A stretch of DNA of 64,000 nt, taken from positions 143,410-207,409 of the forward strand of contig CAVOUE010000004.1 of assembly GCA_963699545.1 (NCBI GenBank), given 5' to 3'. Shown one piece after another: positions 1 to 9,552 of the stretch (positions are counted from its first letter, which is position 1; every line of letters starts with the position of its first letter). Below the pieces are notes generated by a model, which had not been told where the DNA came from, ran no database searches, and was given only the letters and a program-made list of their open reading frames with translations. The translations under genes were made by a program, and so were the position numbers. This DNA comes from Nitrospirota bacterium (lineage in GTDB: Bacteria > Nitrospirota > Thermodesulfovibrionia > Thermodesulfovibrionales > UBA9159).

Positions 1-778
1 CCGACCTGGGCGCCTAAGGTTGAACCGATCAGAAGGAGTACTGCGAGGATAAAATCCACGCTGTGGTTCGTATAAGCCTGAAGAAAGGTGACCTCAATGC
101 AGTTAAAGAGGATCTGAAAAAGACTGGTGCCGACGACAACATGCATCGGCATCCTGAGGATATAGACCATCACAGGGACCATCAGAAAACCGCCTCCTAC
201 GCCCATGACAGCAGCAAGGATTCCGACAAAGCCTCCGAAGATGACCGGGACGAGCACGGAATGGGTGACCCCTGATTTTTCAAAACGGGTCTGCAGAGGA
301 AGAGACTTAAGAAATTTCGCCATGCGCGATTCCTTCTCAGGTGCCGTGTCCTCGATCTTCTTTTTCTTCATGCTCTGAGGCTCTCGATAAACATATAGGT
401 GCCCACAATCCCGAGCATCAGCACATAGGTTATCTTTATGACAAAGTCCGCATTGCCCATGGCCTTGAGGATCTTTATGCCCTGGACGCCTGCAAGACCG
501 CCGGCAAACCCCCCGACCAGGAGATAAAGCCCCATCTTGAAATCAACATTGCCGATCTTCCAGTGGGCATATGTCCCTGAGGTCGATGCAGCGACGATCT
601 GGTTCGAATCCGTTGCAGCGGCAACGGTTGAGGGTATACCGAACATTATCAGAAGCGGTGTCATAAGAAAACCTCCGCCTACTCCGAAGAGGCCTGAGAG
701 CAGACCGACTGCGAGGCCCAGCCCCACAGGGATTAAGACGTTAATACTTGTTAATGCTACCGGCAGATAAAGATACAT
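1..778 (-). CDS. TauE/SafE (DUF81) family sulfite/organosulfur exporter, paralog 1; one frameshift near 375; 3' end beyond the window
   Basis: ORF 368..778 has GLLSGLFGVGGGFLMTP. Another frame continues past ~375 with the second repeat GILAAVMGVGGGFLMVP to the window edge. RBS AGGAGG upstream. Confidence 0.85.
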
Positions 779-800
779 TTATATTCCTCCTTTTTTCGTT

Positions 801-1291
801 CTATGCGACATGCGCATTCTTTGCCATGGTGACAATCGGCCGTGACGCTGTTTTTACCAGCTTGTTAAGTACCTTTGCGTTGACATTCCCGTCATTGGTG
901 ACGCTCGGACTTAGAAGGACCATGTCGATTTTCGCGTTCTGTCTCAGGATATTTTTTATGGCTGAGATCGCGTCCATGGCTGCTGTGCTGAAATCAACGG
1001 CAATGCCTGACTTCGTGCACTTCTCTTTCAAAGGCCAATCTTCTTTTCATAGTCTTCGTTATTCTTTTTGTAGTCCTCACTGATCATTTCCCTTGCGGTT
1101 TTGTGCATGCCGGCCTCGGCAAAGGTGATTGCGGTCATCATGTCGTCGAATTTTTCGAGGACCTTCCTCTTGTAGATCAGCAGTATCTCGATGCCGTCAT
1201 TCATCGTCTTTGCGAGGTCCAGCGCATAGGAGAGACCGTCATCAAAGTTCTCGTCATGATACGTAACAAACAAAAGCTGATTTCTCTTCAT
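801..1291 (-). CDS. USP-like protein with an internal TAITFAEAG motif; frameshift near 1030
   Basis: ORFs 1028..1291 and 801..1031 join into one ~160-aa protein with USP-like layout (LLFVTY...ALDLAK...IEILLI...DMVLLSP...RPIVTM). Confidence 0.65.
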
Positions 1292-1302
1292 TGTCTTCTC
1301 CT

Positions 1303-1722
1303 TTATGCTCCAACTACCAGGACAGGGCAGGGGGCCAGGTCAATGACTTTTTCGACGATATTTTTGCCGAACAGTCTGCTGAACCAGTTTGTCTTGTTGG
1401 TTCCCATGACTATCAGGTCGCATTTTTCATCTTCTGCAACCTCGACGATCTTCTCGGGGACCTCGCCTTCCTCCAGACGCGTCTTCACCAGGGCGCGTTC
1501 GGCCTTTGCAATATCACCTATTACGTGCGATCTCCTTTCTTGCCCCGTTGTCCAGCACGTCACCGATATTCCTGATACCGACAAGATTGAGATCTCCCTC
1601 ATTGGCGGGAACCACCTTTACCACAGTTACCCAGCATTTTTCGTCCTGGGCAAGCTTAATCCTTGGGTAAGGACGTCTTTTGAACCGTTTACTGCTATAA
1701 GAATTTTTCTATAACCCTTCAT
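1303..1722 (-). CDS. Universal stress protein; two apparent frameshifts
   Basis: ATG at 1722 with GAGGAGG RBS gives MKGYRKILIAVNGS. The C-terminus is CDLIVMG...EKVIDLAPCPVLVV. Resembles the N-terminal half of 12888..13742. Confidence 0.8.
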
Positions 1723-1756
1723 TTCGGCCTCCTCGCTAAATCTATGAGATGTAATT

Positions 1757-1771
1757 GCAATGCTGATGCCA
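1757..1771 (-). promoter_or_regulatory. sigma54 (-24/-12) promoter
   Basis: Minus strand TGGCATCAGCATTGC, exact GG-N10-GC spacing, ~35 bp upstream of the USP start. Confidence 0.8.
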
Positions 1772-2040
1772 AGATGTAACTCTATGATTTATAGTGATAA
1801 AGTTGATTATTGCCTGACTTCAGCGTTTCATATTGGAACTGCGTTGAACAGCTGCTGATCGAAGCTTTGACCGGGCTTCGGTTTAAAAACCTTTTCATAC
1901 CGGTGACTTGGCGACGAGGAAGTTCACGCTTCAAAAGGCACTTTAGCGGAAGTTCTGCCAAATTACCGTTTCAATTATGAACATCGTCCTGTCAGCCGGA
2001 AGGGTTGAGTCACATGCGTGATCTACGATAAGATAGACAA

Positions 2041-2586
2041 ATGATCATGACAGGTTCGCAAGGAATTTTGAGGCGTGCGACTTCTCTTTTATCCGGGATA
2101 TGCGTAACCGTTCTCTGTCTGTCCTGTTCGCAGGGGATCGACAGGGAAAGATTTCGGAATGCCGACCGTGTTGCCTCTGACGTGCAGCGTGCGGTTGTCG
2201 ATCCTGCCGGCTACCAGCAGGTCGAGGAATTGGTGCAAAGGCTCTCGGACGAGGTAATGGCGCTCCAGGCCAGGGTGAAGTCAAAGAAAGAGCAGGAGTT
2301 GGCAGGGGAATATTCGGCGCTCCTGGGTATGTACCGGGACGGGTTGACGCTGCGGAGGTACCAGACTGAATTCTCCGGCCACGACTTCGTGCCCAAGGGA
2401 CTCATCTATGTGGGTCAGGACGTTGAGCCTATCGTGACGAAATACCGACTTCAGACGGAATCGCACGTATTCGGACCGACCCAACAACACTGGAAGAGCA
2501 TATCAGAGGATTCGATCCAGGTGATCTGGTATAACGCGGACCAGCAGTTGAAGAGGATAGGGGCGCTCCTCAAGGGAGAAGGCTAG
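2041..2586 (+). CDS. Hypothetical protein, probable lipoprotein
   Basis: 181-aa ORF with a basic then hydrophobic N-terminus ending in lipobox-like CLSC. Confidence 0.55.
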   Translation: MIMTGSQGILRRATSLLSGICVTVLCLSCSQGIDRERFRNADRVASDVQRAVVDPAGYQQVEELVQRLSDEVMALQARVKSKKEQELAGEYSALLGMYRDGLTLRRYQTEFSGHDFVPKGLIYVGQDVEPIVTKYRLQTESHVFGPTQQHWKSISEDSIQVIWYNADQQLKRIGALLKGEG

Positions 2587-2678
2587 GGAGTGTTGATTTC
2601 TTTCGGTGACTATTCTTTGTGAGGCAACTCATTGCGACTAATATGTACAGATTTTCATTATTTGCTGTATAATATTGT

Positions 2679-2954
2679 ATGAAGTTCGCTTGGGATGCTC
2701 GAAAAAGCGTTGCCAATAGGAGTAAGCATGGCATTGATTTCGAAATCGCTAAAGCACTCTGGCATGACGAAAACAGGATCGAGATCGAGGCGCCGCATCC
2801 TGTAGAGGATAGAAGAATCCTGATCGGGCGTCTTCAGGAGAAGCTCTGGACCGCCGTGTATACTATTCGGGGCGCGTCCACCGTCAGGATTATTTCGGTG
2901 AGGCGTTCGAGGGATAAGGAGGTTGCATTATATGAAAAAGGAAAGATTGGCTAA
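2679..2954 (+). CDS. brnT: BrnT family (DUF497) type II toxin
   Basis: MKFAWDARKSVANRSKHGIDFE...EDRRILIG...VRIISVRR matches the BrnT pattern. Confidence 0.9.
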   Translation: MKFAWDARKSVANRSKHGIDFEIAKALWHDENRIEIEAPHPVEDRRILIGRLQEKLWTAVYTIRGASTVRIISVRRSRDKEVALYEKGKIG

Positions 2955-3201
2955 GAGCGTAAGGGAGTTCGACCGGCGTTTCGATGCGGGCGAGGATGTT
3001 CATGAACTGATCGATATGGAGAAAGCAAAAGTAGTGCGGCACGGGAAGAAAGTCCGGCTGACGATCGACGTCGCAGAGTCCCTGGTGAATGAACTCGATG
3101 AGATACGTCAGAAGATCGGAGTGGACAGAGGCGCCTTAATAAAGATCTGGCTGCATGAGAGGGTGACGCAGGAAAAGGCGACGCGGAAAGCCAATACTTG
3201 A
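2932..3201 (+). CDS. BrnA/CopG-like (ribbon-helix-helix) antitoxin
   Basis: Overlaps the toxin 3' end. EFDRRFDAGED N-terminus and RLTIDV...LDE...GVDRGALIKIWL RHH-like C-terminus. Confidence 0.8.
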   Translation: MKKERLAKSVREFDRRFDAGEDVHELIDMEKAKVVRHGKKVRLTIDVAESLVNELDEIRQKIGVDRGALIKIWLHERVTQEKATRKANT

Positions 3202-3210
3202 CACTACATG

Positions 3211-3252
3211 GTTGGGAAATACGATTGAGAAAGTGGGATGTGTCCCCAGTTA
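3211..3252 (+). repeat. 42-bp direct repeat, copy 1
   Basis: GTTGGGAAATACGATTGAGAAAGTGGGATGTGTCCCCAGTTA; 39/42 identical to 4390..4431. Confidence 0.9.
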
Positions 3253-3275
3253 ATTTACACTGCATTGTGGCACCA

Positions 3276-4370
3276 ATGAAAATAGATAATATTAAGACCA
3301 ATATCTTCTTCATTTTGCCAATTGCTATGTGGTCGGCATTTTGTGGAAGCCTTCTCAGGAAGCCAAGCCAATTCTCTTCCACAGCTACCCATCGGAATGA
3401 TGTCCTTTTCCCTCTCGTTGTTTTCGCAATAGTCCTGCTTCTCGCCTCTGTAATTGCGATTGGCTGGGCGGGACCTTCGGACGCAATCCAGAACCCTGGC
3501 GTTATCACTTCGCAGCCATCGAATCCGAAGGCAGAAGGCATGAATATAGAGGATGCGAAGCGTGTTCAGAAGTGTCGCGATAAGATTGACAAGCTGGAAG
3601 ATCAGATCAAACAGCTCGAAAGAGGCATCGAGCACATGAAGAAGGTTGCGGAGAAGATCAAGCTTGTTGATCGTAAGATAGAAGAACTGCTGCCGATCAT
3701 CATACCTATGGTCGGAACCGACCCGCAGAATGTCATGGGCAGGAAGCGCAAAGAGTTTGCAGATATGTTGGCCAACAAGCTGAAGATGGTGGGCATCAGG
3801 CTCGACCCGGGGCAGCTTGAGACCCTGACCAAGTCCATAATGCGCGGTGGTCAAAGCGGCATAGCTGATGCAATGTCTATCTGCTTCCAGATTGCCGAGC
3901 TATCTGCCGTCCAGGCTATCAAGAACCAAGTCGCCGCGGACAGGGCTTCCGGCAAGAGGGGCGACAACTTCACCGAGGAAGACGCCAGAACCGTCTCCGG
4001 CGCCATCGACCACTTCAAGAAGGAAGGCACGGTACGGGGTGACCATCGCAACGATCCAGCACACGCGGCCGGCGACCATACTTACGCCAGCCTGAACAAT
4101 TCCAAGTCAACCGGTGATTTGGCTACCGCGCAAAAGGACGGCATTGAGATCAGGGGCTTCAGCATCTCACCCGCTGACATTAAGACCGCCTCAAATATGA
4201 GTGGCCAGGGCGCGGTGGTGTACGTATCCGGCGTCATGAACGGCCAGATGAAGGCGAGGCTCACCCAGGTCAACGATGCAATCGACAAGCTCAAGGGAGC
4301 GATTAAGAGCCTGCGCGGCGGGATCCGCAAGCTGGAGCAGGAAATCGAAGATATCGAGAAGGCCAAGTAG
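3276..4370 (+). CDS. Hypothetical membrane-anchored or secreted coiled-coil protein (start uncertain)
   Basis: Long ORF with a hydrophobic segment (LFPLVVFAIVLLLASVIAIGWA) and heptad-rich stretches at both ends. Confidence 0.7.
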   Translation: MKIDNIKTNIFFILPIAMWSAFCGSLLRKPSQFSSTATHRNDVLFPLVVFAIVLLLASVIAIGWAGPSDAIQNPGVITSQPSNPKAEGMNIEDAKRVQKCRDKIDKLEDQIKQLERGIEHMKKVAEKIKLVDRKIEELLPIIIPMVGTDPQNVMGRKRKEFADMLANKLKMVGIRLDPGQLETLTKSIMRGGQSGIADAMSICFQIAELSAVQAIKNQVAADRASGKRGDNFTEEDARTVSGAIDHFKKEGTVRGDHRNDPAHAAGDHTYASLNNSKSTGDLATAQKDGIEIRGFSISPADIKTASNMSGQGAVVYVSGVMNGQMKARLTQVNDAIDKLKGAIKSLRGGIRKLEQEIEDIEKAK

Positions 4371-4389
4371 GTAAAAAAGAGTCAGAATA

Positions 4390-4431
4390 GTTGGGAAATA
4401 CGATCGAGAAAGTGGGATGTGTCTCTAGTTA
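4390..4431 (+). repeat. 42-bp direct repeat, copy 2
   Basis: GTTGGGAAATACGATCGAGAAAGTGGGATGTGTCTCTAGTTA. Confidence 0.9.
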
Positions 4432-4538
4432 TTCTCTGAAACACGCGAGCCTGAAACAAGCGCCGGAGAATCGCGGGTCATGGCAGGCATAACAATTTCT
4501 GCGGACGTTTTGAACACACCACTAAGGAGAGACAGATT

Positions 4539-5450
4539 ATGGGCATCTTGACTTCGAAATTATTTACAAATGCCGACCAAGCCACTGTAACAAAGCTTGA
4601 GGATTGTGCAACCGGACAACCCAACGAGGCTCAGAGCCACTTCACGATCGGTCAGACCGGCGAGCACATCAAGAAGGTTCAAGAGGCGCTCAAATCGGTT
4701 CAAGAAGAAAATCCAGGCCTTGGTATACCGGAATTCTCAGTGAATGGAGTTTACGATCAGGAATTCGCCAACGCGATACGCGTCTACAAAACGAAGAGAG
4801 ATATCCGAAACTTCGCGAACCAGATTGACGACATTGTCGGCGTAAAAACGATCCGCAGCCTCGACGAGGAAAACAAGAGCGATCCGCCGAAAGTCAATCC
4901 AAGTCCATCACCGACGCCAAGGAAGCCGGGCGAATTTCCAAGGCCGCTCCCAAACTGTGTGCCTGATTCTGATTGTCCATCCTCAAGAGACTTTGATGTG
5001 ACCCTGTTAACCGGTTTGTCTGGAGGGGAGGTCGTGGAAATTGGTAAATTCTTTTTTACAATCCGAGATACAACGAACGGTTTATCTACAACTTATCTCC
5101 TCATGGTTGGTGGTTTCGGGGCCGGTAGCCCAATCAGCGTGGCCGTTGGGGGCGGCACAAAGCACTTCACAACGAGCCAACCGGTTCGGGTCACCCGATT
5201 CGGACCATTTGGCAGCATCGGCTCCGCCACAAACGTTGCGGGAGTTCCAGTGAATTTTGCACTGCTAGTTTTGGGCTTTCATCCAGATGGCCTGGTTCCC
5301 CGCCCGACTGCACCGATAATGATCGATACGGGACCAATTCCAATACCAGGTGCCAGCATCCTCGCAGGACAATTGAAGATCCTAAGCCTTTGCAACGGGC
5401 AGCCCGGAGCAACGCGTCGGGTCCTGGGCATCAACGACCTTCCATCATGA
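4539..5450 (+). CDS. Protein with N-terminal peptidoglycan-binding-like domain, Pro-rich linker and unknown Gly-rich C-terminal domain
   Basis: GQTGEHIKKVQEAL...NGVYDQEFANAIRVYK...DDIVGVKTIRSLD fits the PG_binding_1 pattern. RBS AAGGAG. Confidence 0.65.
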   Translation: MGILTSKLFTNADQATVTKLEDCATGQPNEAQSHFTIGQTGEHIKKVQEALKSVQEENPGLGIPEFSVNGVYDQEFANAIRVYKTKRDIRNFANQIDDIVGVKTIRSLDEENKSDPPKVNPSPSPTPRKPGEFPRPLPNCVPDSDCPSSRDFDVTLLTGLSGGEVVEIGKFFFTIRDTTNGLSTTYLLMVGGFGAGSPISVAVGGGTKHFTTSQPVRVTRFGPFGSIGSATNVAGVPVNFALLVLGFHPDGLVPRPTAPIMIDTGPIPIPGASILAGQLKILSLCNGQPGATRRVLGINDLPS

Positions 5451-5535
5451 CGGCAGCGTGAGGAGAGGATCGCTGCGCGGGTGCCAGTGCTCTTCGATTT
5501 GCAGGCAGGGAAAAACACTGAAGACAGAAGACCCA

Positions 5536-5662
5536 GCCCAACAAGCGGTTCAAGCCGACACGAACAAGCGGCGGGTTTTCGGCGTGCGAAGGTCTTTCGC
5601 TTCGTTGATCGTCTTTCGTGGTTCGCGCCGCTTGTCCGTGCGGCTTAACCTGGGCGCTCCCC
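5536..5662 (+). mobile_element. Integron attC-like recombination site with degenerate right core
   Basis: Inverse core GCCCAAC (RYYYAAC). GGTTCAAGCCG pairs with CGGCTTAACC leaving one extra base, and there is a long inner stem ACAAGCGGCG/CGCCGCTTGT. The expected GTTRRRY reads GCTCCCC. Confidence 0.7.
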
Positions 5663-5859
5663 ACTCGCTCCGCTCGTGGGGACGTATAAACGCTGACTAG
5701 ACACCGTTCGGTCGGATACTCTTATGAGCGACGAGGTCGATCTAGCGCTCAGGCGTGTCGCGGCGCATTTGAGCGAGACGCTGACGGCGCTCGACGGTCT
5801 CAACGACTTCTATCAATCTAGCGGACATTTTACTGGTAACTGAAAGGAGGAATATAACA

Positions 5860-7380
5860 ATGAGCATTGCCGCGCGTGCCTTCATGGATCCAAGGAACAC
5901 GTACATCGTCGACAACAACGATCCTACAGCGTTCGACAAGTCGTTTGCGGGGATCACTGGTACCCATCCAGAGCAGCGGTGCTGCGGGGACTGGGCACCC
6001 TACTGGAAGACCTTTAGCGGCCTTTACGTTCAGGTCCCAGATAGACCCGAGGCGCCATACTGGAAGCGGATCCCAGAGGGAGGATATGCTGAGCTTTGGT
6101 GTCACGAGTGCAGCACCGCCCTCGAAAGAGGGTGGTCGGAGTTCCTTGGCGGGCTTGAGTTCTCTCTCCAGCAGATAGCTCCAGCCCTCAGGGCCGTAGC
6201 GATGGTCGCCTCGTACATGCCCGGCGCCGGAACGGCCGTCAGCGTTGTCATCAACACGTCCCTGACCCTCGCGGAAGGGGGTTCTGTCGAGGAGGCTGCT
6301 GTAAGCGCCCTTCGAGGTGCCCTGCCAGGCCAGCCCGCCTCGGGTGCAGCCTTCGACGCGGCTCGCTCGATCGTGAGGGGTGACTCTATAGGCAAGATAG
6401 CCATCGACGGGCTCATCGGAGGGATTTCTAACGATCCATCCGTTAGGAAGCACATCGGTACTGCCATCGACATCGCCAAGGACGTGATCGATGGGAAGCG
6501 TATAGACACCCTAGCTCTGGAGAAGATCAAGGAGAACCTTCCCGACTCGGCCAAGGGCCTGCTGGACGTGGCCCGATCCGTGGCCGAGGGAAAAGACGTA
6601 GAAGACATCGCCATCCGAGCGGCAGATGCGGCATCAGGGATCACGGGCGCGGGATCTCTGGAGGCCGCACAGGCTCTTCGTCGTGCGGCAGAAGAAGCGC
6701 GCAGCAAGGGACAGGCCGCCGTCGACCAGTTCATGGCTCAGGTAGCTTTCCATGGAGTGCTCAGCCAAGTGCCCGGAGCTTTCCGCGAGGCTGTCATGGC
6801 AGGCCTGATCACGGGCCAAACAGAGAAACTACAGTTTATCGGCACATTCGGATCGGTGCCCGAGAAGAACGTGCCGGTCAATGACAGCTACTTTCAAACA
6901 GGGCAGAGGCTCATCGATTCGGGTGCGAAGTACAAGGGCAATCTCATCTCCGACATTCTCAACGGCGGTGTGTTCACCATCGACATCGACCAGCTCGATG
7001 CCCTGAATGGTGTGTGGGGCAAGCGAACGGTTACCTACAAGGCGAATGGGCCTTGGACTTCCAGTGAAAGGCCGTTGACGGACGCATGGCGCCGAGGCTT
7101 TACCATCGCCTTCGGAGTTTGCGATGGTTCGTCCGAGCGAGATCCCGGTCAAACGGCGGTCTACCAGACGATGGCCGAGGCGGGGGGGCGGGCCGGATTC
7201 GACGCCGGACAAGCGGTGCAATTTGCCCGTACCAAAGCCGCCGCCAACTCCATCATAGACAAGCTTCAGGCCCAAGAAGGGTTCGCGGCGGAACAAGCGG
7301 CCAAAACCGACCGTTCCGTCAGAGACAAGCTTAAGAAGTTCGGGGACCAACGTACCTCAGCCCGGAAAAAACCGCATTAG
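5860..7380 (+). CDS. Hypothetical protein, 506 aa, Ala/Gly-rich helical
   Basis: Long ORF with strong AGGAGG RBS; no family recognised. Confidence 0.75.
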   Translation: MSIAARAFMDPRNTYIVDNNDPTAFDKSFAGITGTHPEQRCCGDWAPYWKTFSGLYVQVPDRPEAPYWKRIPEGGYAELWCHECSTALERGWSEFLGGLEFSLQQIAPALRAVAMVASYMPGAGTAVSVVINTSLTLAEGGSVEEAAVSALRGALPGQPASGAAFDAARSIVRGDSIGKIAIDGLIGGISNDPSVRKHIGTAIDIAKDVIDGKRIDTLALEKIKENLPDSAKGLLDVARSVAEGKDVEDIAIRAADAASGITGAGSLEAAQALRRAAEEARSKGQAAVDQFMAQVAFHGVLSQVPGAFREAVMAGLITGQTEKLQFIGTFGSVPEKNVPVNDSYFQTGQRLIDSGAKYKGNLISDILNGGVFTIDIDQLDALNGVWGKRTVTYKANGPWTSSERPLTDAWRRGFTIAFGVCDGSSERDPGQTAVYQTMAEAGGRAGFDAGQAVQFARTKAAANSIIDKLQAQEGFAAEQAAKTDRSVRDKLKKFGDQRTSARKKPH

Positions 7381-7389
7381 CCCTGAGAA

Positions 7390-7911
7390 ATGAATATGAA
7401 TACGATGAAATGCTGGCTGTGTGATCCAGCTCAATATGCCTGGCTTGAATATGGTGACTTGCGTGTCCCAAGGTTGCTATTCGAGGACGAACATACTTTT
7501 GTTATCATCCCGCGTGAGTCCCATGTCAAGCATCATCTTCTAGTCGCTCTGAAAGAAAAGAGAGGACAGCACAGGCGGGGTTTGATTGACTGCTCAGCTG
7601 AAGAGTTGGCTTATCTTGGTTCAACAATCTCATATTGGTGTGTCGTTCTCAAAAGAATGAAATATGACACCATGTATGCTGGTTGCTATTCTGACGAGGG
7701 TCACATGCATTTCCATCTTATCCCGCTGAGTCATACAAAGGATAAAGGATCGGCTGGTAGCGCGATGCAATGGCTTGCTGAAAAAGAGAAGTTATCCGAT
7801 CTTAATCAATTTACTGAGATGTCTGATGCTCAAAAACGAGAAAGACTAACCACCGTGGAAACGCTCGTATATGAAATAAAGAAGATTGAAAAGGGCGAAT
7901 CGGTTGAGTGA
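7390..7911 (+). CDS. HIT (histidine triad) family protein
   Basis: N-terminal CWLC and the triad HMHFHLIP. Confidence 0.75.
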   Translation: MNMNTMKCWLCDPAQYAWLEYGDLRVPRLLFEDEHTFVIIPRESHVKHHLLVALKEKRGQHRRGLIDCSAEELAYLGSTISYWCVVLKRMKYDTMYAGCYSDEGHMHFHLIPLSHTKDKGSAGSAMQWLAEKEKLSDLNQFTEMSDAQKRERLTTVETLVYEIKKIEKGESVE

Positions 7912-8220
7912 GCCGACGATGAGGAAAAGAACGCCACTTACGCAGGCCATTGCGAAGGAAGTTCTGGAGGATTTATATCTCGTCAAGGGCCAAATCTTTG
8001 GAAGATATCGCTCGTCAGTTTAACTGCACCAGACCAATGATCCAATTTATTATGGAAAAGCACGGCATCGAAAGACGCAGACGCTCTCAGGCGCGTGTTC
8101 TGGCAATAAAACATGAAGAACAGAAAAGGGGACAGGCTAGTTTATTTGAATGAATGATGGCAAGCGATGAGAAGACAGAGAATCACGAGGAACTGTCACC
8201 GCAACTACTGACTATTGAGG

Positions 8221-9552
8221 TTATTCCTCCTTGAGCAATCTCCAGAGGCTCGTTCTCGATATACCGAGGATCTCTGCCGCCTTTGATCTGTTGCCACCGA
8301 CCGTCTCAAGGATCTTCTCGGCATAGTCCTTGTTCAGTTCGTCAATAGTCAGCACCTGGCCCGGCTCGCGAGTTTCGATCTGGAACATGGTGAGGCTCTG
8401 GGGCAGACTCTCCGGTGTGATCACAGGGGTCTTCTCCAGTATTATCGCCCTTTCGATGATATTCTCCAGTTCCCTCACGTTGCCGGGGAAGCTGTAGCGC
8501 ATGAGGATCTCCATGGCCGGTTTCGCCATGCCCGTTATCTTTTTGCCCGACTTGGGAATGTGTTTCTGGAGCAGGTACGATGCAAGGGGTTCGATGTCGT
8601 CTTTTCTGTCCCTCAGTGCGGGAATGAATATCTCCATGACGTTCAGTCGGTAATAGAGGTCTTCCCTGAACCTGCCCTCTGAGATAAGGTTCTTTACCGG
8701 CTGATTCGTGGCAGCGACGAACCGCACATTCACCCTGATCGGCCTGGTCCCGCCCACTCTGTAGAATTCTCCCTCTTCGATCACCTTCAGGAGCTTTGCC
8801 TGGAGGTTCGGCGCCATCTCGGATATCTCGTCAAGGAAGAGGGTCCCCTGATCAGCGATCTCCACCAGTCCCTGTTTCGTCCTCACCGCGCCGGTGAAGG
8901 CCCCTTTTTCATGCCCGAAGAGCTCGCTGGCGAGGAGGTCTTCCGTCAGGGTCGCGCAATTGATCGAGAGGAAGGGCATGTTCTGCCTTCTGCTGGTAAA
9001 ATGTATGATCTTGGCGAGGAGGCTCTTGCCGACCCCTGTTTCGCCGGTGAGCAGCACATTGCAGTCCGAGTCCTTTATCCCTTCAATGACCTCCAGGATC
9101 TTCTTCATGCTCTCGCTCTTGGCGATGACGGAGATCGTCTTGTTCATTCCGAAGTAGGCCTTCAATGCCACGTTTTCTTTCCTCAGGACCTTTCGCTCGT
9201 GGATGTTCTTGACCTTCAGGATGAGTTCGTCAAGGTCAAAGGGTTTGGTGATGTATTCGTAGGCGCCTTTTTTCATCGCCTCCACCGCCGCACCGATGCT
9301 GCCGAAACCGGTCACGATCATTACCTCGATCTCCGGGTCTTTTTCCTTCGCCCTTTCGAGCAGTTCGATCCCGTTCATCTCGGGCATCCTGACATCAGTG
9401 ATGAGGACGTCGAAATCATCGCGCGTGATCTGCTCAAGGGCCTCACGTCCGTTGCGGGTGCCCGTCACGTCGTATCCTTCTCTCTTGAGAGTGTTGACGA
9501 GGTGCTTGAGGGTTATTTCCTCGTCCTCAGCGATAATTATCTTGAAATTCAT
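8221..9552 (-). CDS. sigma54-dependent NtrC-family response regulator
   Basis: Receiver (AEDE, TDVRMP, KPF), Walker A GETGVGKS, GAFTGA, Fis-type HTH. Confidence 0.95.
   Translation of the reverse strand: MNFKIIIAEDEEITLKHLVNTLKREGYDVTGTRNGREALEQITRDDFDVLITDVRMPEMNGIELLERAKEKDPEIEVMIVTGFGSIGAAVEAMKKGAYEYITKPFDLDELILKVKNIHERKVLRKENVALKAYFGMNKTISVIAKSESMKKILEVIEGIKDSDCNVLLTGETGVGKSLLAKIIHFTSRRQNMPFLSINCATLTEDLLASELFGHEKGAFTGAVRTKQGLVEIADQGTLFLDEISEMAPNLQAKLLKVIEEGEFYRVGGTRPIRVNVRFVAATNQPVKNLISEGRFREDLYYRLNVMEIFIPALRDRKDDIEPLASYLLQKHIPKSGKKITGMAKPAMEILMRYSFPGNVRELENIIERAIILEKTPVITPESLPQSLTMFQIETREPGQVLTIDELNKDYAEKILETVGGNRSKAAEILGISRTSLWRLLKEE

Noticed and set aside
3211-4431. CRISPR array from the 42-bp repeats
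   Set aside because: Only two copies, separated by a 1.1-kb gene; no cas genes.
4436-4520. Second attC site
   Set aside because: Core-like words are present but I could not find the paired inner stems.
7950-8153. Functional HTH regulator gene
   Set aside because: Short, TTG start, no clear RBS, and it runs into the GGGGACAG element; at best a remnant.
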